Shown piece by piece: positions 26,770-40,965 of a stretch of DNA of 64,000 nt. Origin of the DNA: the human T2T-CHM13v2.0 reference genome, Homo sapiens; NCBI RefSeq assembly GCF_009914755.1, contig NC_060942.1, one strand, 5' to 3'. Position 1 is the first letter of the stretch. Every line of letters starts with the position of its first letter. The position numbers were made by a program, and so were the translations under genes. The notes under the pieces are model-generated. The model did no database searches and was not told where the DNA came from. It was given only the letters and a program-made list of their open reading frames with translations.

Positions 26770-27120
26770 TCCATTCATAGATCTGACAAATATTTATGAA
26801 GCAGCAACAACATTCCATGCATCCTTCTAGGTGCTGGGGCTACAACAGTGAATAAAGTAAACCCAGCCCTATCTCTGTGGCATCAACAGTCTCCCAGAGG
26901 AGATGGACAATTAAAAGCAATTACAATAAAGTGGTGAAGTGCGTTCAGGGAACTGGAAGAAGTTCCATTTAGTTGGAACATCAAGTGTGTGAGGCAGATA
27001 GCGAGGAGAGATGAGGCTGAAGGGAAATAAAGTCAGGCACCAGAGGGTCTTGCAAACCTTGATAAGGAATTTGGACTCTATCTCAAAAGCAATGGAGGAA
27101 CACTGAATGTATATCAAAAG
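26770..27120 (-). mobile_element. L2 3' fragment
   Basis: acaaatatttatgaagc...ttctaggtgctggggctacaacagtgaataa...aaggaatttggactctatc. Confidence 0.7.
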
Positions 27121-27375
27121 CAAATGGAGGAAATCCCAAACTTGTTAGCTTAGCAAAGAGATAATTATTGGTACCTGGAATTGAAAACTGCAGTGGTCAG
27201 GCTGGCTTTAGGTAGCGACAGAATTAGGGCCTCAGACCAAGCCGTCAGGATCCGGCCTTGCCATTTCTAAACTCAGCTCTGCTCTCCTCCAGGAGCCGAT
27301 TTTTTCCTTCAGCACCACGTGGAGGCCACAGCTGCTCCAGCCTCACGTCCTCTGAGGTTCAAGAATAGTAAATCG

Positions 27376-27690
<315 letters not shown>

Positions 27691-28613
27691 TTACCCATCC
27701 CTGGACAACCACTGTGGCCAGGTGAGTGAAATGAGGTGATTTGTTTAAGCTGAGGTGACGCAGAGTGGCAAAAACAAAAACAAAATAGAAATCCATTACA
27801 GAAAGATTTTCAGCAAGGAGTGACTTCATTATTAGAATTCTAAATTGAAAACAAACCATCAAACAACCCCACACTGCGGGGGCAATGCAGGGAAGCGGCA
27901 TGGGGGAGGGGATACTGCAAGCGGGAAGGGCAGAAAGAGCCCACCCAATGGACCAAATGAGGAACACTGGCTGCCGGAAGCAGATTTGGGAGAAAGGTAA
28001 GACTCTTTACTCCTTCTTAAATCCTACTGGGAGATGTGTGTGTGTGCATGCGCGCGAGCATGCGTGTGCACAGGTGCTGTGTTTGGAAAGAACTGGGGTG
28101 TTCAAAACCATGCCCCAAACAAGAGTGCACAGTTTCAGTCCTCACTCAAAGGGCTTCCCTACCTTTGGAATGCTCAAGCACTTACCACACCAGTTTTCAA
28201 AGCAGATGGGTATTTACTGCACACAAATGTCACATTGACTTTGGAATGTTTTCACATGTGCTCTTGTGGATTAATGAGCTCCTAATATTGTGATAATAAT
28301 CATTTTCCATAAATATGCATAGTCAGCTTTTAAAAGTGTCACGTGCAGTAATTATTAGCTGTCTGGGTGCTAATCGCTTTGGGAAAATATTTACTTGCGT
28401 ATGAAACGGAACCTATGTTTGTTTTGCTAAATGCACTGCGTCGCAGAGAGCCCAGAGCAATTACCAGCCTGATTTAAAGGGACTCGGATGCCAGGGAATC
28501 AGGATTGAGGGATCCTCACTCACAAGGGCTTGTGAAATGGTTGGTTGGATTTAGTTCAGTAAAATTATCGTGAGAAGCTACTATGTGTAAGGTATGTTAG
28601 AAAGAGCATTATC

Positions 28614-28880
28614 TTTGGGAGGCCAAGGTCAGTGGATTGCTTGAGGCCAGGAATTCCAGACCAGCCTGGCCAACATGGTGAAACCTCACCTCTACTAATA
28701 ATACAAAAATTTACCAGGTGTGGTGGCGCACACCTGTAATCCCAGCTACTCAGGAGGCTGAGGCAGGAGAACTGCTGAACCCAGGAGGCAGAGGTTGCAG
28801 TGAGCCAAATGGCACCATTGCACTCCAGCCTGGGAGACAGAGTGAGACTCTGCCTCAAAAAAAAAAAAAAAGAAAAGAGA
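28614..28880 (+). mobile_element. 5'-truncated Alu
   Basis: ctttgggaggccaagg...gagtgagactctgcctc(A)n. Confidence 0.93.
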
Positions 28881-29060
28881 AAGAAAAAAGAAGGGAAGGG
28901 AAGGAACAGGGAGGGAAGGGGAGGCAAGGCAAAGCAAAGTGAAGCACAGTGAGGCAAGGCGAGGCAAGGCGTGGCAAGGCGAGGCAAGACGAGGTAAGAT
29001 GAGGCAAGATGAGGAAGATGAGGCAAGGCAAGGTGAGGGAAGGCAAGGGAAGGCAAGGCA
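28880..29060 (+). repeat. Purine-rich degenerate 5/10-mer repeat (gaggcaaggc/gaggcaagat) in the Alu tail
   Basis: Read directly. Confidence 0.9.
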
Positions 29061-29069
29061 CTATCTTTG

Positions 29070-29250
29070 AAGCTAGAATGAACTTAAATCCTGAGCCCTT
29101 TGTGACTTTGGATGACTTATTTAACTCTGAACCTCAGTGTGATCATCTGGAAAATGGGAAAATATCCACTTCCTTGTCAGGAAGTTTAAATAACATACAT
29201 AGAGTACCCAGCACAAAGTCTGGCATAGTGAGGGCTTCAGAACAGGCTCT
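29070..29250 (+). mobile_element. MIR SINE
   Basis: tgtgactttggatgacttatttaactctgaacctcagt...catctggaaaatggg. Confidence 0.75.
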
Positions 29251-30728
29251 TTCCTCCTCTCATACACACACTGTAGGGAATACATGGATAAAGAACACAG
29301 GGCTCCCATCCTCCTGGACCCTTCCAAGCCAAGTACCCAGAGGACTGAATTCAAGGAGAGTTTGATGAAAGATGTACTACTAATTGGTCAGGGGTGCAGA
29401 GGTAGGAAAGGTACCATCTAATTAGGGGGAAATCAAGAGTAGACTCAAATATGCAAGAGAACAGGCTTTGCCCACTGGCAGGGGATACAGCATGCATGGT
29501 TTGGGAAGCCACCTACATCCATATTCTCTCCCTCACTGGGGCCTGAAATTTTCACCTTCCTCAACTCATTTCTGTGAAACATTACACTTTCCTTGCATAT
29601 CCCCTGGGGGAGCAGGGAAGGTAGGACAATAGCCCTTAATACTTCAGGGTGAATAAATGTATCCCAGTTATAGGGCAACAGGATGAAAGAGGCTGAGATT
29701 GGGAAAGGGGGGCTTCTGAAATGCACTAAAATGGGAGATGATGGAAAGAAAAATCATCTCTTTATGGGAGGCTGTCCCCATTTCTGCTTTCCCTGCCCTC
29801 TTGGGCTGTAGTGGGAAGTCTGTCTTAGACTTCTGCAAACCCATGGCCTTCTTCCTGCCTTGCTAACCTTGGGGTTTCACAAATAGGCTGAAATAACACA
29901 GGTCTACATTCATCCATTGGAAGTCTGGGTAGGATGGTGATAAGATACCTTATGTTCAACTGTGCTAAGGAAATGATATAAGCAAGATTGTATGGGGCAG
30001 TTTAAGTGAGCTAAGAGAATGAAATGCCTTAAAGCACACCGAAAGCTTTTATATACCCTCAGAAATGCATGGGTAGTTATTCCACATTATTCTGGTTTTT
30101 ACAGGTTTGCCTCATGGCAGGTCCCCCAAAGAATCAGAACCCTTTATGGATTTGCTTGGGCTTGCTGGGTACTGATGTGACTAAGAAAGGGACATGATGT
30201 AAGGGAAAGGACCTCAAATTCTTGTGAATGTGCACATTCTGGTAAATATTCCTTTGGGCTAATAGTGACACAGGTGTGTGCACAGGTGCACCAGGGATCA
30301 TAGGGGATTTCCTAGCATTAGTATGCTTCTAGTTTTAGATAACTCCCTCCTTTATTCCCTGAGCCCTTGTATTTTCCTCATCTTCCTCTTTCAAGGCCTC
30401 TGTCCTCCCCATTTTGTTTATCCATGGGCTGGGGCTTGTGTCTTTGCTATTGTCTTGTTCCTAGAGTCCCAGGCTTTGGGAGGCCAGCTCCAGGTAGTGT
30501 CCTCCCTGCCTCTCCATCTTGTAATGAGATGCAGTATTTACTTGTAACATAGGATCATTTGGAACAGGAGTTCTGAGGAGGACAGAATGAGGGCTTTGCT
30601 GTTGACTGACTTGAATCACGGTTTCTCCTCAAGCTGTAGGCTCCAGAGCTTCCTAACATAGTAAAATGTCAAGAGCAGACAGGGGAGCTATTAGTGTCTT
30701 TCTACCTCTCATTAAAGGTGTTTTAACC

Positions 30729-30729
<1 letters not shown>

Positions 30730-30772
<43 letters not shown>

Positions 30773-30801
30773 CAGACAGATAGATAGATGGATAGATAGA
30801 T
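30730..30801. repeat. Compound tetranucleotide STR (AGAT)10(AGAC)2(AGAT)3(GGAT)(AGAT)2
   Basis: Counted directly. Confidence 0.97.
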
Positions 30802-32622
30802 TTAGGTGAACTAAGGCACAGATGAAAATAGTCCTACTACATTTCCTTCAAACTTGTTTTCTGATTCAAAGTTTTTCTTATCCAGATCATTTCCTCCACT
30901 TGCAATGTAGCCCTGCCTCAGGAGACCAGGATTCCAGATGGGAAGCAGAGGTGTGACCTCAGCAGTTCACCCACTTGGGCCTCTGTTTTCTCACCTGTAA
31001 AGCAAGAGGTTTGGTAATTACTAAGCTCTTTTGCTTTCAGGAAACACATCTACTCTGTTAATTCACATAAGAAAATATTTTGCTTCTGATTTAAGATGGC
31101 ATTCTGAGCACATATATTTATTTCCCTGCCGACCTGAAATCTCACTGAAATTAAAGTATAGAAGAATAAAAAGAAGCAAACCTATAACAATGAAGAAATA
31201 AGATGAGTGGAGGCAGGGGTGACAAGTGAGAAAGTTCAATAGGTTTTTAGAAGACATAAAGTGGATGCGGCATGTTGACTTACAGGTCATAATAGTATAA
31301 AGAGACTGTAGGAGCAAATTCTAGCTGGCCTAGGAAGACTGACAGTGACAGCAGGAATGAGACTTCGGGTTGAAAACTGGGAGACTGATTGAAAGTCTAT
31401 ACCTAGAAAATAAATACCAAGGAGTACCACTTGGCACCCCTTCTCTCTATATTCCCCACCACCTCCATCTTGCCTCCTGAATGGGTGGCCCAGTAAGAAC
31501 CCTTATGCCAACAAAAAGTAGCTGCTCCTTTCTACAAGCATTGAATGAACTGACTGGAGACTACCAAGGTTTCAGGCATGCTTGTAAGGACCACAAGGTA
31601 AAACTGTTCTGCCACTGTGTGTGTGTGTGTGCACGCACATGCACATATCTGAGATGGGTGGCCTGATTGATATGTTGCATCTCATGCATTTTAAATTAAA
31701 GTGTGTCAGCTGAGTGGACATACCAAGGAGCTCCAAGGCACATGTCCCACTCAAGGGAGAGACGTTGGGAGTGAGAATAAGAGACCTATGCCCAGTAAAG
31801 GAATCCCATACCAATCTTCCCTCTATAATATGAATGGATGGCCCAGAAGCACCAGGCCAACAAGAAGGATCACCAGTATGGATAAGGAAAAGAAAGCAAA
31901 AACACTGGTTCCCTGAGAAAATCAAGATGATTCAGAAAGCTTTTAACTTTTTCAATTTAAAAAAGGATCGGGGAATTTGAGAGAACACTGTATTTATTTA
32001 ACAGGAACAGAGTGCTATAAAAAAGGAAGAACTTTTTAAAAAAATAAAGAAAGAAAAGATGTCTTATAAAGATAAATAATGTCATTTGTGTTTTTTTAAA
32101 AAGTAGAAAGCCAGCCACAAAATAAATCGCATTAAAGAAATTTCTCAGAATGTAGATTCTCCCCCTCCTCAAAAGAAACACAGAGATAGAAAATATTAAC
32201 AAAATAATAAGAGACTTAGAGGACTAATCCAGGAGGTCCAATATTTGCCTAATAAGTATCTCAGAAAAACACAACACAGAATGTGGAGGAGAGAAAATTA
32301 TCAGAGAAATAATCCAAGACTATTTTCCAGAACTGAAACAGAACACCCTTGTTCAGAATACTGAATGAAAAGAGACACCTACTTATATATGTGGAATTTC
32401 AGAACACCCAGGACAAGAAAACATTCTGAGAGCTTACAGAAAAGAGAAAACAAAAGCAGTAGACTCAAATGCCACTGTATGTGGAGAGATATTAGAGCAA
32501 GGTGGACAATGTTCAGAAGGTAAATAATTTCAAATCTAGAGTTTTATACTCAAACATCTATCAATTCATAGTGAGGGCAGAATAAAGACATTTCCAGACA
32601 AGAAAGGACTCAGAAAACCTAC

Positions 32623-33176
32623 TGTGTTAGGCCGTTCTTACATTATGACAAAGAAACACCTGGGACTAGATAATTTATAAAGAAAAGAGGTTTCATTGGC
32701 TTGCAGTTCTGCAGGCTGTACAAAAAGTATAACGTGGGCATCTGCCCTCAGGAAGCTTCTAATCATGGTGGAAGGCAAGGGGGAAGCAGGCACATCACAT
32801 GGCAGGAGAGAGAGAGACAGAGAGATGCCATACACTTTTAAATGACCAAATCTCACAAGAATTCACTTCATGTCCTTTGTAGGGACATGGATGAAATTGG
32901 AAATCATCATTCTCAGTAAACTATCGCAAGAACAAAAAACCAAACACTGCATATTCTCACTCATGGGTGGGAATTGAACAATGAGATCACATGGACACAG
33001 GAAGGGGAATATCACACTCTGGGGACTGTTGTGGGGTGGGGGGGGGAGGGATAGCACTGGGAGATATACCTAATGCTAGATGACGAGTTAGTGGGTGCAG
33101 CACACCAGCATGGCACATGTATACATATGTAACTAACCTGCACAATGTGCACATATACCCTAAAACTTAAAGTATA

Positions 33177-33221
<45 letters not shown>

Positions 33222-33344
33222 AGCACCAAGCCATAAGGGATTCACGCCCATGACCCAAACACCTCCCACCAGGCCCTGCCTCCAGCACTGGGGATTACAA
33301 TTCAACATGAGATTTGAGCAGGGACACATATCACAACTATATCA
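32623..33344 (-). mobile_element. MSTA-type MaLR solo LTR, split by an L1
   Basis: tgtgttaggccgttctt...cagcaccaagccat...acaattcaacatgagatttg...aactatatca; flanks cctac/cctgc (4/5 TSD). Confidence 0.9.
32867..33220 (+). mobile_element. 5'-truncated young L1 (L1PA2-like) 3' end with A42 tail
   Basis: Near-consensus L1 3' UTR; gatgacGAGttagtggg (not the Ta ACA or pre-Ta ACG allele) and aaaacttAAagtataat. Confidence 0.92.
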
Positions 33345-33834
33345 CCTGCCTCCCAAATATCCTTCCTAAAGAGGTTCCTTAAAAATGAAAAGTTGTAGCT
33401 TGAGGTTGTATTCAAACACAACAGTGAAATAAACCTAGAGAGGAAAAAGTGTGGTGTCCAGGGAACAGGGATTGGAACCCTCCAGCTCTAGATGGCTGAA
33501 TAGCAACTGAGAGGACCAGTTTTCAGGTCAGAGTAGCTCCTGGGAGGGAAACCTGGGGGTAAAGTGGAGAAATAGGTTGCCATAGATTGTGTAATTAAGA
33601 ATAGTTTTAGTGGTCAAGAATATGAGAAAGCCATGTTTTATCATAAAAATGAAAGACAGTAATTAGAAACTTCAGGGAAAACTGTACCAGACAGTAAGGC
33701 TGCAAATAAGAAGTGATATAACATGTAGCACAATTTTAATGCACTGATGGAGAATCCATGTGATCTCAACACCAGCCAAGAGAAACATAATCCTGGGCCC
33801 TCTTTGACCCAGCAGAGTATATGGTCATAATGAT

Positions 33835-34098
33835 GTATGAGAAGATGGAGAAGATGGCCATGTGATGAAAAAAGCAGAGATCAGAGTGATGTATCTATTA
33901 ACTAGAGAATGACAAGGATTGCCAGCAAACACCAGAATCCAGAAAAGACTTGAAAGAATTCTCTCATACAGGTTTCAGCAAGAGCATGACCTTACCAACA
34001 CCTTGATTTCAGACTAATGGCCTCCAGAACTTGAGACAATACATTTGTGTTGTTTTACATTACCCAGTTCATGACACTTTCTCACAGCAGCCCCAAGG
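33835..34098 (+). mobile_element. MLT1C-like LTR 3' part
   Basis: aaggattgccagcaaacaccagaa...caacaccttgatttcagac...cctccagaac. Confidence 0.8.
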
Positions 34099-34120
34099 CA
34101 TGGACCCAGGCGCATTCTCA

Positions 34121-34472
<352 letters not shown>

Positions 34473-34520
34473 AGCCAGGAAAGCCCCTGGCCTGGATGTA
34501 ACAGGAGGTGATGTTGGTTA

Positions 34521-35076
<556 letters not shown>

Positions 35077-38000
35077 GAGGGATCTAAACTTGATTTCACC
35101 TGCAGTGTGAAGCCACTGGGAGGCTCTTCCCCGCGTGGACCTGGTATCTGCCATAGCTCACTCCCTTTCTCCCTGTTTACATGTGACCAGGTCTTTAAGC
35201 CTTGACATTAAAGACTTAAAGAGACAAGAGTTGACTCCTTCTCTGGCATTCAACAGCCAGCATTGCAAACTTCTAGAAAATAGAGGAGCCCTAGGGAAAT
35301 CTAATAACAGCCCTACTTAAGAGCACTCGACAATTATTACCTCCAACTGTGAGAGAGGCTGAGTAATTAAAAAGGGTTCTTTATTTTGATTAAAAAGATT
35401 CCTTTTAGTGTTTCTGAATCTTTAGTGAAAGCCCAGAACTCTATTTTTAGCCACAAAACAAGATATGTGGCCGGGGGCAGAGGTGTAATTTAAAACATAG
35501 GATGAGCATTTGTAACCTGAAAAATGAGCACACGCCCCCAGTGGCCCCCAGACTGAGCCCAACCCCACCCAATGGCTTTCAGGAGGCACAGCAGCATGGC
35601 AGCATCAACCCTGCCACATGGATTAATAGGAGGCCCAAATTAATTGGTTTTAATCACTATAAATTTCCTTCCCAATAAAATTTCAAGAATTTCCAATCAT
35701 GCTGATTTATATGTGTAATTAGAAATCCATTCACAGATGTCACACTGCTAGGTGGTGGGGAGTATCAGCCCCGGCTTAACTCCAGCTTGAGGCCTGAGCA
35801 ATGAAAAATGATGATGAAAAACTTGGCAGGAAGCTGGGACAGGGAGCATGCCATGCCCCCTGGAAAGTGTCTGCCCCTAAGGTCCATGGGGGCTGCTTCC
35901 CACCAAGCACAGATTTTGCTTTATCTAGCCCCCAATCCCTCCCCTGCCCTTAGTCTAGATAAGAGCAAATCAAAGGGGTTTTGCATGTACCAAACAGACA
36001 GGCTTGACTGAGATAAGAATAGTGAGTACCCAGCCTCCCATCTGTCCAGAGTAGCAATGGACAGAACTGTGGGATTCTAGAGCCACAGGAAGAGGGACTC
36101 CACCCTGCCAACTTCCCACTTCCAAAAGGCAGATTTGTCGCTTTCAAATTACCCACGTCCCAGGTTATCTAAATCCGGGGTATCTGTAGACAAGACGACA
36201 GGACTTTCAACTCCTGCTTGCTTTCTTTCCTCCTCTGCTGCTATCCTCCCTCTGCAAATGACTCAGTGTTGCAGCAGGAAAAGAAAGGGCAGAAAAGTCT
36301 GCATTTCAGGCCTGAAAAGGATTTCAAATCAGCAACCAAAGAAGTCCTCCTCTCCCTACAGTGATGAAGAGGAACAGGAAAGTCTATAGATGAACAAAGA
36401 TACACCAAGAGTTTTATGTCAGGACTTTCACAGTATAAAGACTCGACAGGCGGAAAAGAGGAGAAGGAGACTGCGGAACTCTGGATGGAGGAGTCAGAGG
36501 AACAGCAGTTATCATCAGTCATGTGGACTCAGGGCTCTAGAACTTGCAGGGAGAATCAGTCATAGAGTGAGGTCCCAGTGGAAAAGATTAATTCTAACCA
36601 ATCAGGCAGCAAGGGCGAGAGAGCACTCCTTCTAGGGGACTGAGTGTCAAAGAGAAGGGAGAAATTGAAGTCAGGTGCATCAGACAGGAAGTCTGGGCCC
36701 CAGCCAGGAGCGGGCAGAACTCGGTCCTGAGCCAAGCACGTCTGAGCTGGGCTTCCCAGGTGTCCTGTCTTGAACCTCACAGTTAGTGTCAGAAGGGAAG
36801 CAAAGGTGAGATTGCAGAATGCAGTCAGGACACCTGGGGTTGAGCCCAACCTCAGTCCCATTGGCCCTGTGGCCTTGAATGAACTCCCTGGCCTCATCTG
36901 TCTGCTGCAGCTCAGACTTCTGCCATCCCATCATCTCAAAACCATCACCAGTACAGTGAACATTGCTTCATCTCAACATTACTGACTACAGAGATGGTAA
37001 CTGAGACTCAGAGTGCCTATGTCATTTCTCAAAGTCACCTAGTTAGTAAAGAGAGGAGAAAGGAAGGAAATCGACATTTATTGAATCTCTACTATGTGCC
37101 AGGTGCTTTTTGTGGATTATCTTCACTATAACCCTAAAAGAACAAAAAAAAATGAGGCTTGGATAAGTTAAATATTAAATTGCTAGCTCAAAGCCACATG
37201 AGCATCAGAGGTGGAGCCAATACAGGGCTAAAGTGGAGTCACTTTGTCAGCTTAGCTGTGATTTTAGCATCTAGGGAAAGGGGCTGATGACGGGTGGGGT
37301 TTTTGAAGGTATAAGAAGAGTTGTATCATGATGCAGTCAGTACTCAAGGGAAGACGTGAGAGGCTGTTCAGTAGGCAGCTAGAGGGTGTTGGGCCCTAGG
37401 AAGGTACTGCAAGGTCAGAAAGTCAATAGGAAATACCCAACTTGTCCCATCAATTTCTGAATTGACTGAGAAATAAGACGCAAGAGTCAGACAGAGGGAA
37501 GCCAAAGTAACAGCTGTATTGATAAAGCTGCCTTGGGAAATACGGTTTGAGCTTCCTGATACTTAACTCCTGAATTAGACACATAGCCTCTCCCCCACAG
37601 CAGCAGAGCCTGCCTCTAGAAATTCACCACATGGAGGAACAGGTTAGACTGCCCCATCAAGGAAGTAGCAGAGCCACAAGCTAGAGCAGCCCCACACACT
37701 GAGATCCTTCCCCCCATACTTCCCAAATGGTGGGTGTTGCTATTTTATGGCCCAGGTAGGAACTATAGAACAGCTCCCCCTACAAAGTGGACAGCTCACT
37801 AACCAAAGGGAAGAGGGCCTAGGTGGCACTGAGGTCAAACTTGCTTAGACTAAACCCTGTCTGCTTTCCATGAAGATCTCCCAGCTTCTTCATGGGCTAG
37901 AGAAGCAACCACCTGGACCTGGGCACAATAGCTCTGTAATACACCCCGCCCCCAACCCCACCTCAAATACATACAGACATATTCAGAATTATTTTCAATA

Positions 38001-40300
38001 GTGTTCTTATCCTCAAAAGTGATTGGTTGGTTTGCCCCCTCAGCCCACCTCCCCTCAAAGAGAGAAGAAGATCATCTTTGCTCCAGCCTGATCCTTTAAT
38101 GTGCCTAAAAGCTGTTGCTTCTGTCTAAAGCAGACCCCAGGCCCTGAGCAGCGAATAGGTGGAGAGGTCTTAATGGGGATTAGTGTCTGCCCAAGCAATG
38201 CCAGAACGGGGTCCTAAGAGGAGATTTTAGAGGTTGGGCAATTTTTAAGGGCTTAAATGTTTGATAATGCAGGCTCAGTTGCGTTTATGCATGTTAGGGC
38301 CTCAACAGCAATGCACCATCCAGGGCATAATGGATGTTGTAAGATTTGATTTTAGTAGTTTAAAAATATCCAAGTAGTCTGCAGGCTAATGGCCATTGGA
38401 CAGACTCATTAGGATATCAATAATCATTCGGCATTCTGAAATCCTTTTAATACTCTGGGATAGCAAGGAGTGGACTAAGGGAGGGGAAGAAGGTCATGGG
38501 GAACTTGTGGGGTCAGTTAAACAAGTGAAGGCAGTGAATGAAACAGAGGCTTCCAAGGCCTCGGTGTGTTCTCTGCCACCACCCACAGCCTGGTTTAAAC
38601 AGTGAGTCTGGTGGGGCTTCATTGTAACTGATCAGGGAAGGGATGTTGAGGGAGAAGCTTAAACAAAGCCTCCCACAGCCCCTTACAGACCAGCAGTTGA
38701 AATGAGTGCTGCCTAAATCTCACAACCCATTCTCCACAGTGTGGCTTATACATTCTCACCTCCTGGTCTTGGCTCACTACCTTACCTGGTAGAGTAATTG
38801 CCCCCAAATAGATGACTTCTGCCCATCCTTCAGGTTCCTACCTCTGCCTTCCCCAGGTCCCCAGGCCACAGGTCTTTCCTGTTAGTGGCCTTCTCCAGCC
38901 CATAACTTTACACCATTAACCATGTCTTAGGGGCATCACCTCCTCTGAACTGTGAGATCCTGGTGAGCAGCAGTACCTGCCACATACAGGTGCTCTGTTA
39001 GGCTTAAAATGACAGTTCTCATACTCTCTGTTGTTGCTTTGGCCACAGAAACTCTTTGCTTGTTGGGCAAGACTATTGCACGTGTGCACAAATGCCCACA
39101 AACACAAAGTATCACATGGATTCAGAAGGTTTACAGGTCTTCTAAAACCCATCATGGTTCCTTCCCAAATCCCTAGGTATGAAGCTCTGGACGGAGGAAG
39201 AAGACTTTTCAGCCTGGCTAGTTCATTGTAAAGCTCTTCCATTCAAACAGGAGACAGAGATTTCTTACGTTCACAAGCCACAGCCCCAAGGGGCAGTGAA
39301 ATGTCATCAGTTTCTGATTTTGTACCTTCGAGACCCAAAGAACCTTAGGAAGGAAGGAGCTTTGAATACCCTCAAAGATGGAATACTCAAATGTCAAAGA
39401 TGCTTTTAAAGTCCTTTTGGAAAATGTCCCCTCTCCATGTAGCACTAAGGGGCAGCGGCCACCACGGTCTAGTCTTGGTCAGAAGGGAGCCATCTCCACC
39501 CCTCTGCATCCTGTTCACTGCTACCCAGATGACAGCCTGGCTGGGGTCGCAGCTCTCAGATGACCTGGATGGGCTGTGGAAGAGCACAGGAGGGGGCAGG
39601 AGGTGTTTTGGACATATTCCCTGGCCCAACAACCTTGCTGAGGACAGGACTGCTGAAGCCTGCATGCTACTGAGCTTTGTCAGTTTGGCCCGCCATGGTG
39701 TCCAGTGCCCACTGGGTCATCACTGTGCTGGAAGAATAGCATCTAAGACACTAGCCTGACATCTTGTCACCACTCCAGACTGCCAGCCATTCTCCCTATT
39801 TCAACTCTACAGCAACCTCACTAAACATGGACCGGGTCTAAGAGCTTCCACTCTGCAGCTCAGGAAAACTGAGGCACTGAACAAGACAAAAGGCAGCCAC
39901 GAATGAAAGTTGAAGTCTCCATTATTGCTGTAAGGGAAAATGTGAGAGACCTGGACTGCCTCATTTTCCCACTCTTATAAGCTTTGCTCCATTCCTCCCT
40001 TAGAACCAACCAACATTTCCTCCTTCAGAAGACAGTCCCTAGTGAGCTGTACCCAGCCCATCACCATTCATTCATTCACTCACTCCATATTTACTGAGCA
40101 CCTTTCATGTCCTGCTCAGCCCCTGTCTTCACAATGTCTGTGTGAGTGCTAGTGTCTGTATCCTATGTAAGCTTTGTTTCCATGGTTTCTAGAGGTAGCC
40201 TCCCCATCTTAGATTATGTATTTCCTGGTAGGTAGTCTCATCCCCAGGCACTTGTTGCCTCTGTTTGTCATGAGACAAACTTTGAGCACCTACTGTGTTA

Positions 40301-40653
<353 letters not shown>

Positions 40654-40666
40654 GAACTCAGTCTGA

Positions 40667-40965
40667 GGCCAGGTGCCATGGCTCATGCCTGTAATCCCAG
40701 CACTTAGAGAGACTGAGGCAGGAGGATTGCTTAAGGCCAGAAGTTTGAAACCAGTCTGTGCAACAAACAGAGACCCATGTCTCTACACGAAAATTTAAAA
40801 ATTAGTCAAGTGTGGTGGTGTGTGCCTGTAGTCCCAGCTACTCAGGAGGCTGAACTGGGAGGATCACTTGAGCCCAGGAGTTAGAGGCTGCAGTGAGCCA
40901 CAATGGCATCACTGCCCTCCAGCCTGGGCATCAGAGCAACATCCTGTTTCAAAAAAAAAAAAAAA
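40667..40965 (+). mobile_element. AluJ-type element directly downstream
   Basis: ggccaggtgccatggctcatgcc...gaggatcacttgagcccaggag...(A)n. Confidence 0.93.

Larger units (their letters stand above)
31080..33800 (+). mobile_element. Fragmented HAL1/L1ME-like element hosting younger insertions
   Basis: ORF1-like remnant gacttagaggactaatccaggaggtccaata...gaaattatcagagaaataatccaaga...ttccagaactgaa; gagggcagaataaagacattt continues past the LTR. Confidence 0.6.

Noticed and set aside
27308-27328. REST/RE1-like ttcagcaccacg (and a right-half ggacagcacc near 56981)
   Set aside because: Half-sites only; the other half or the spacing does not fit the 21-bp consensus.
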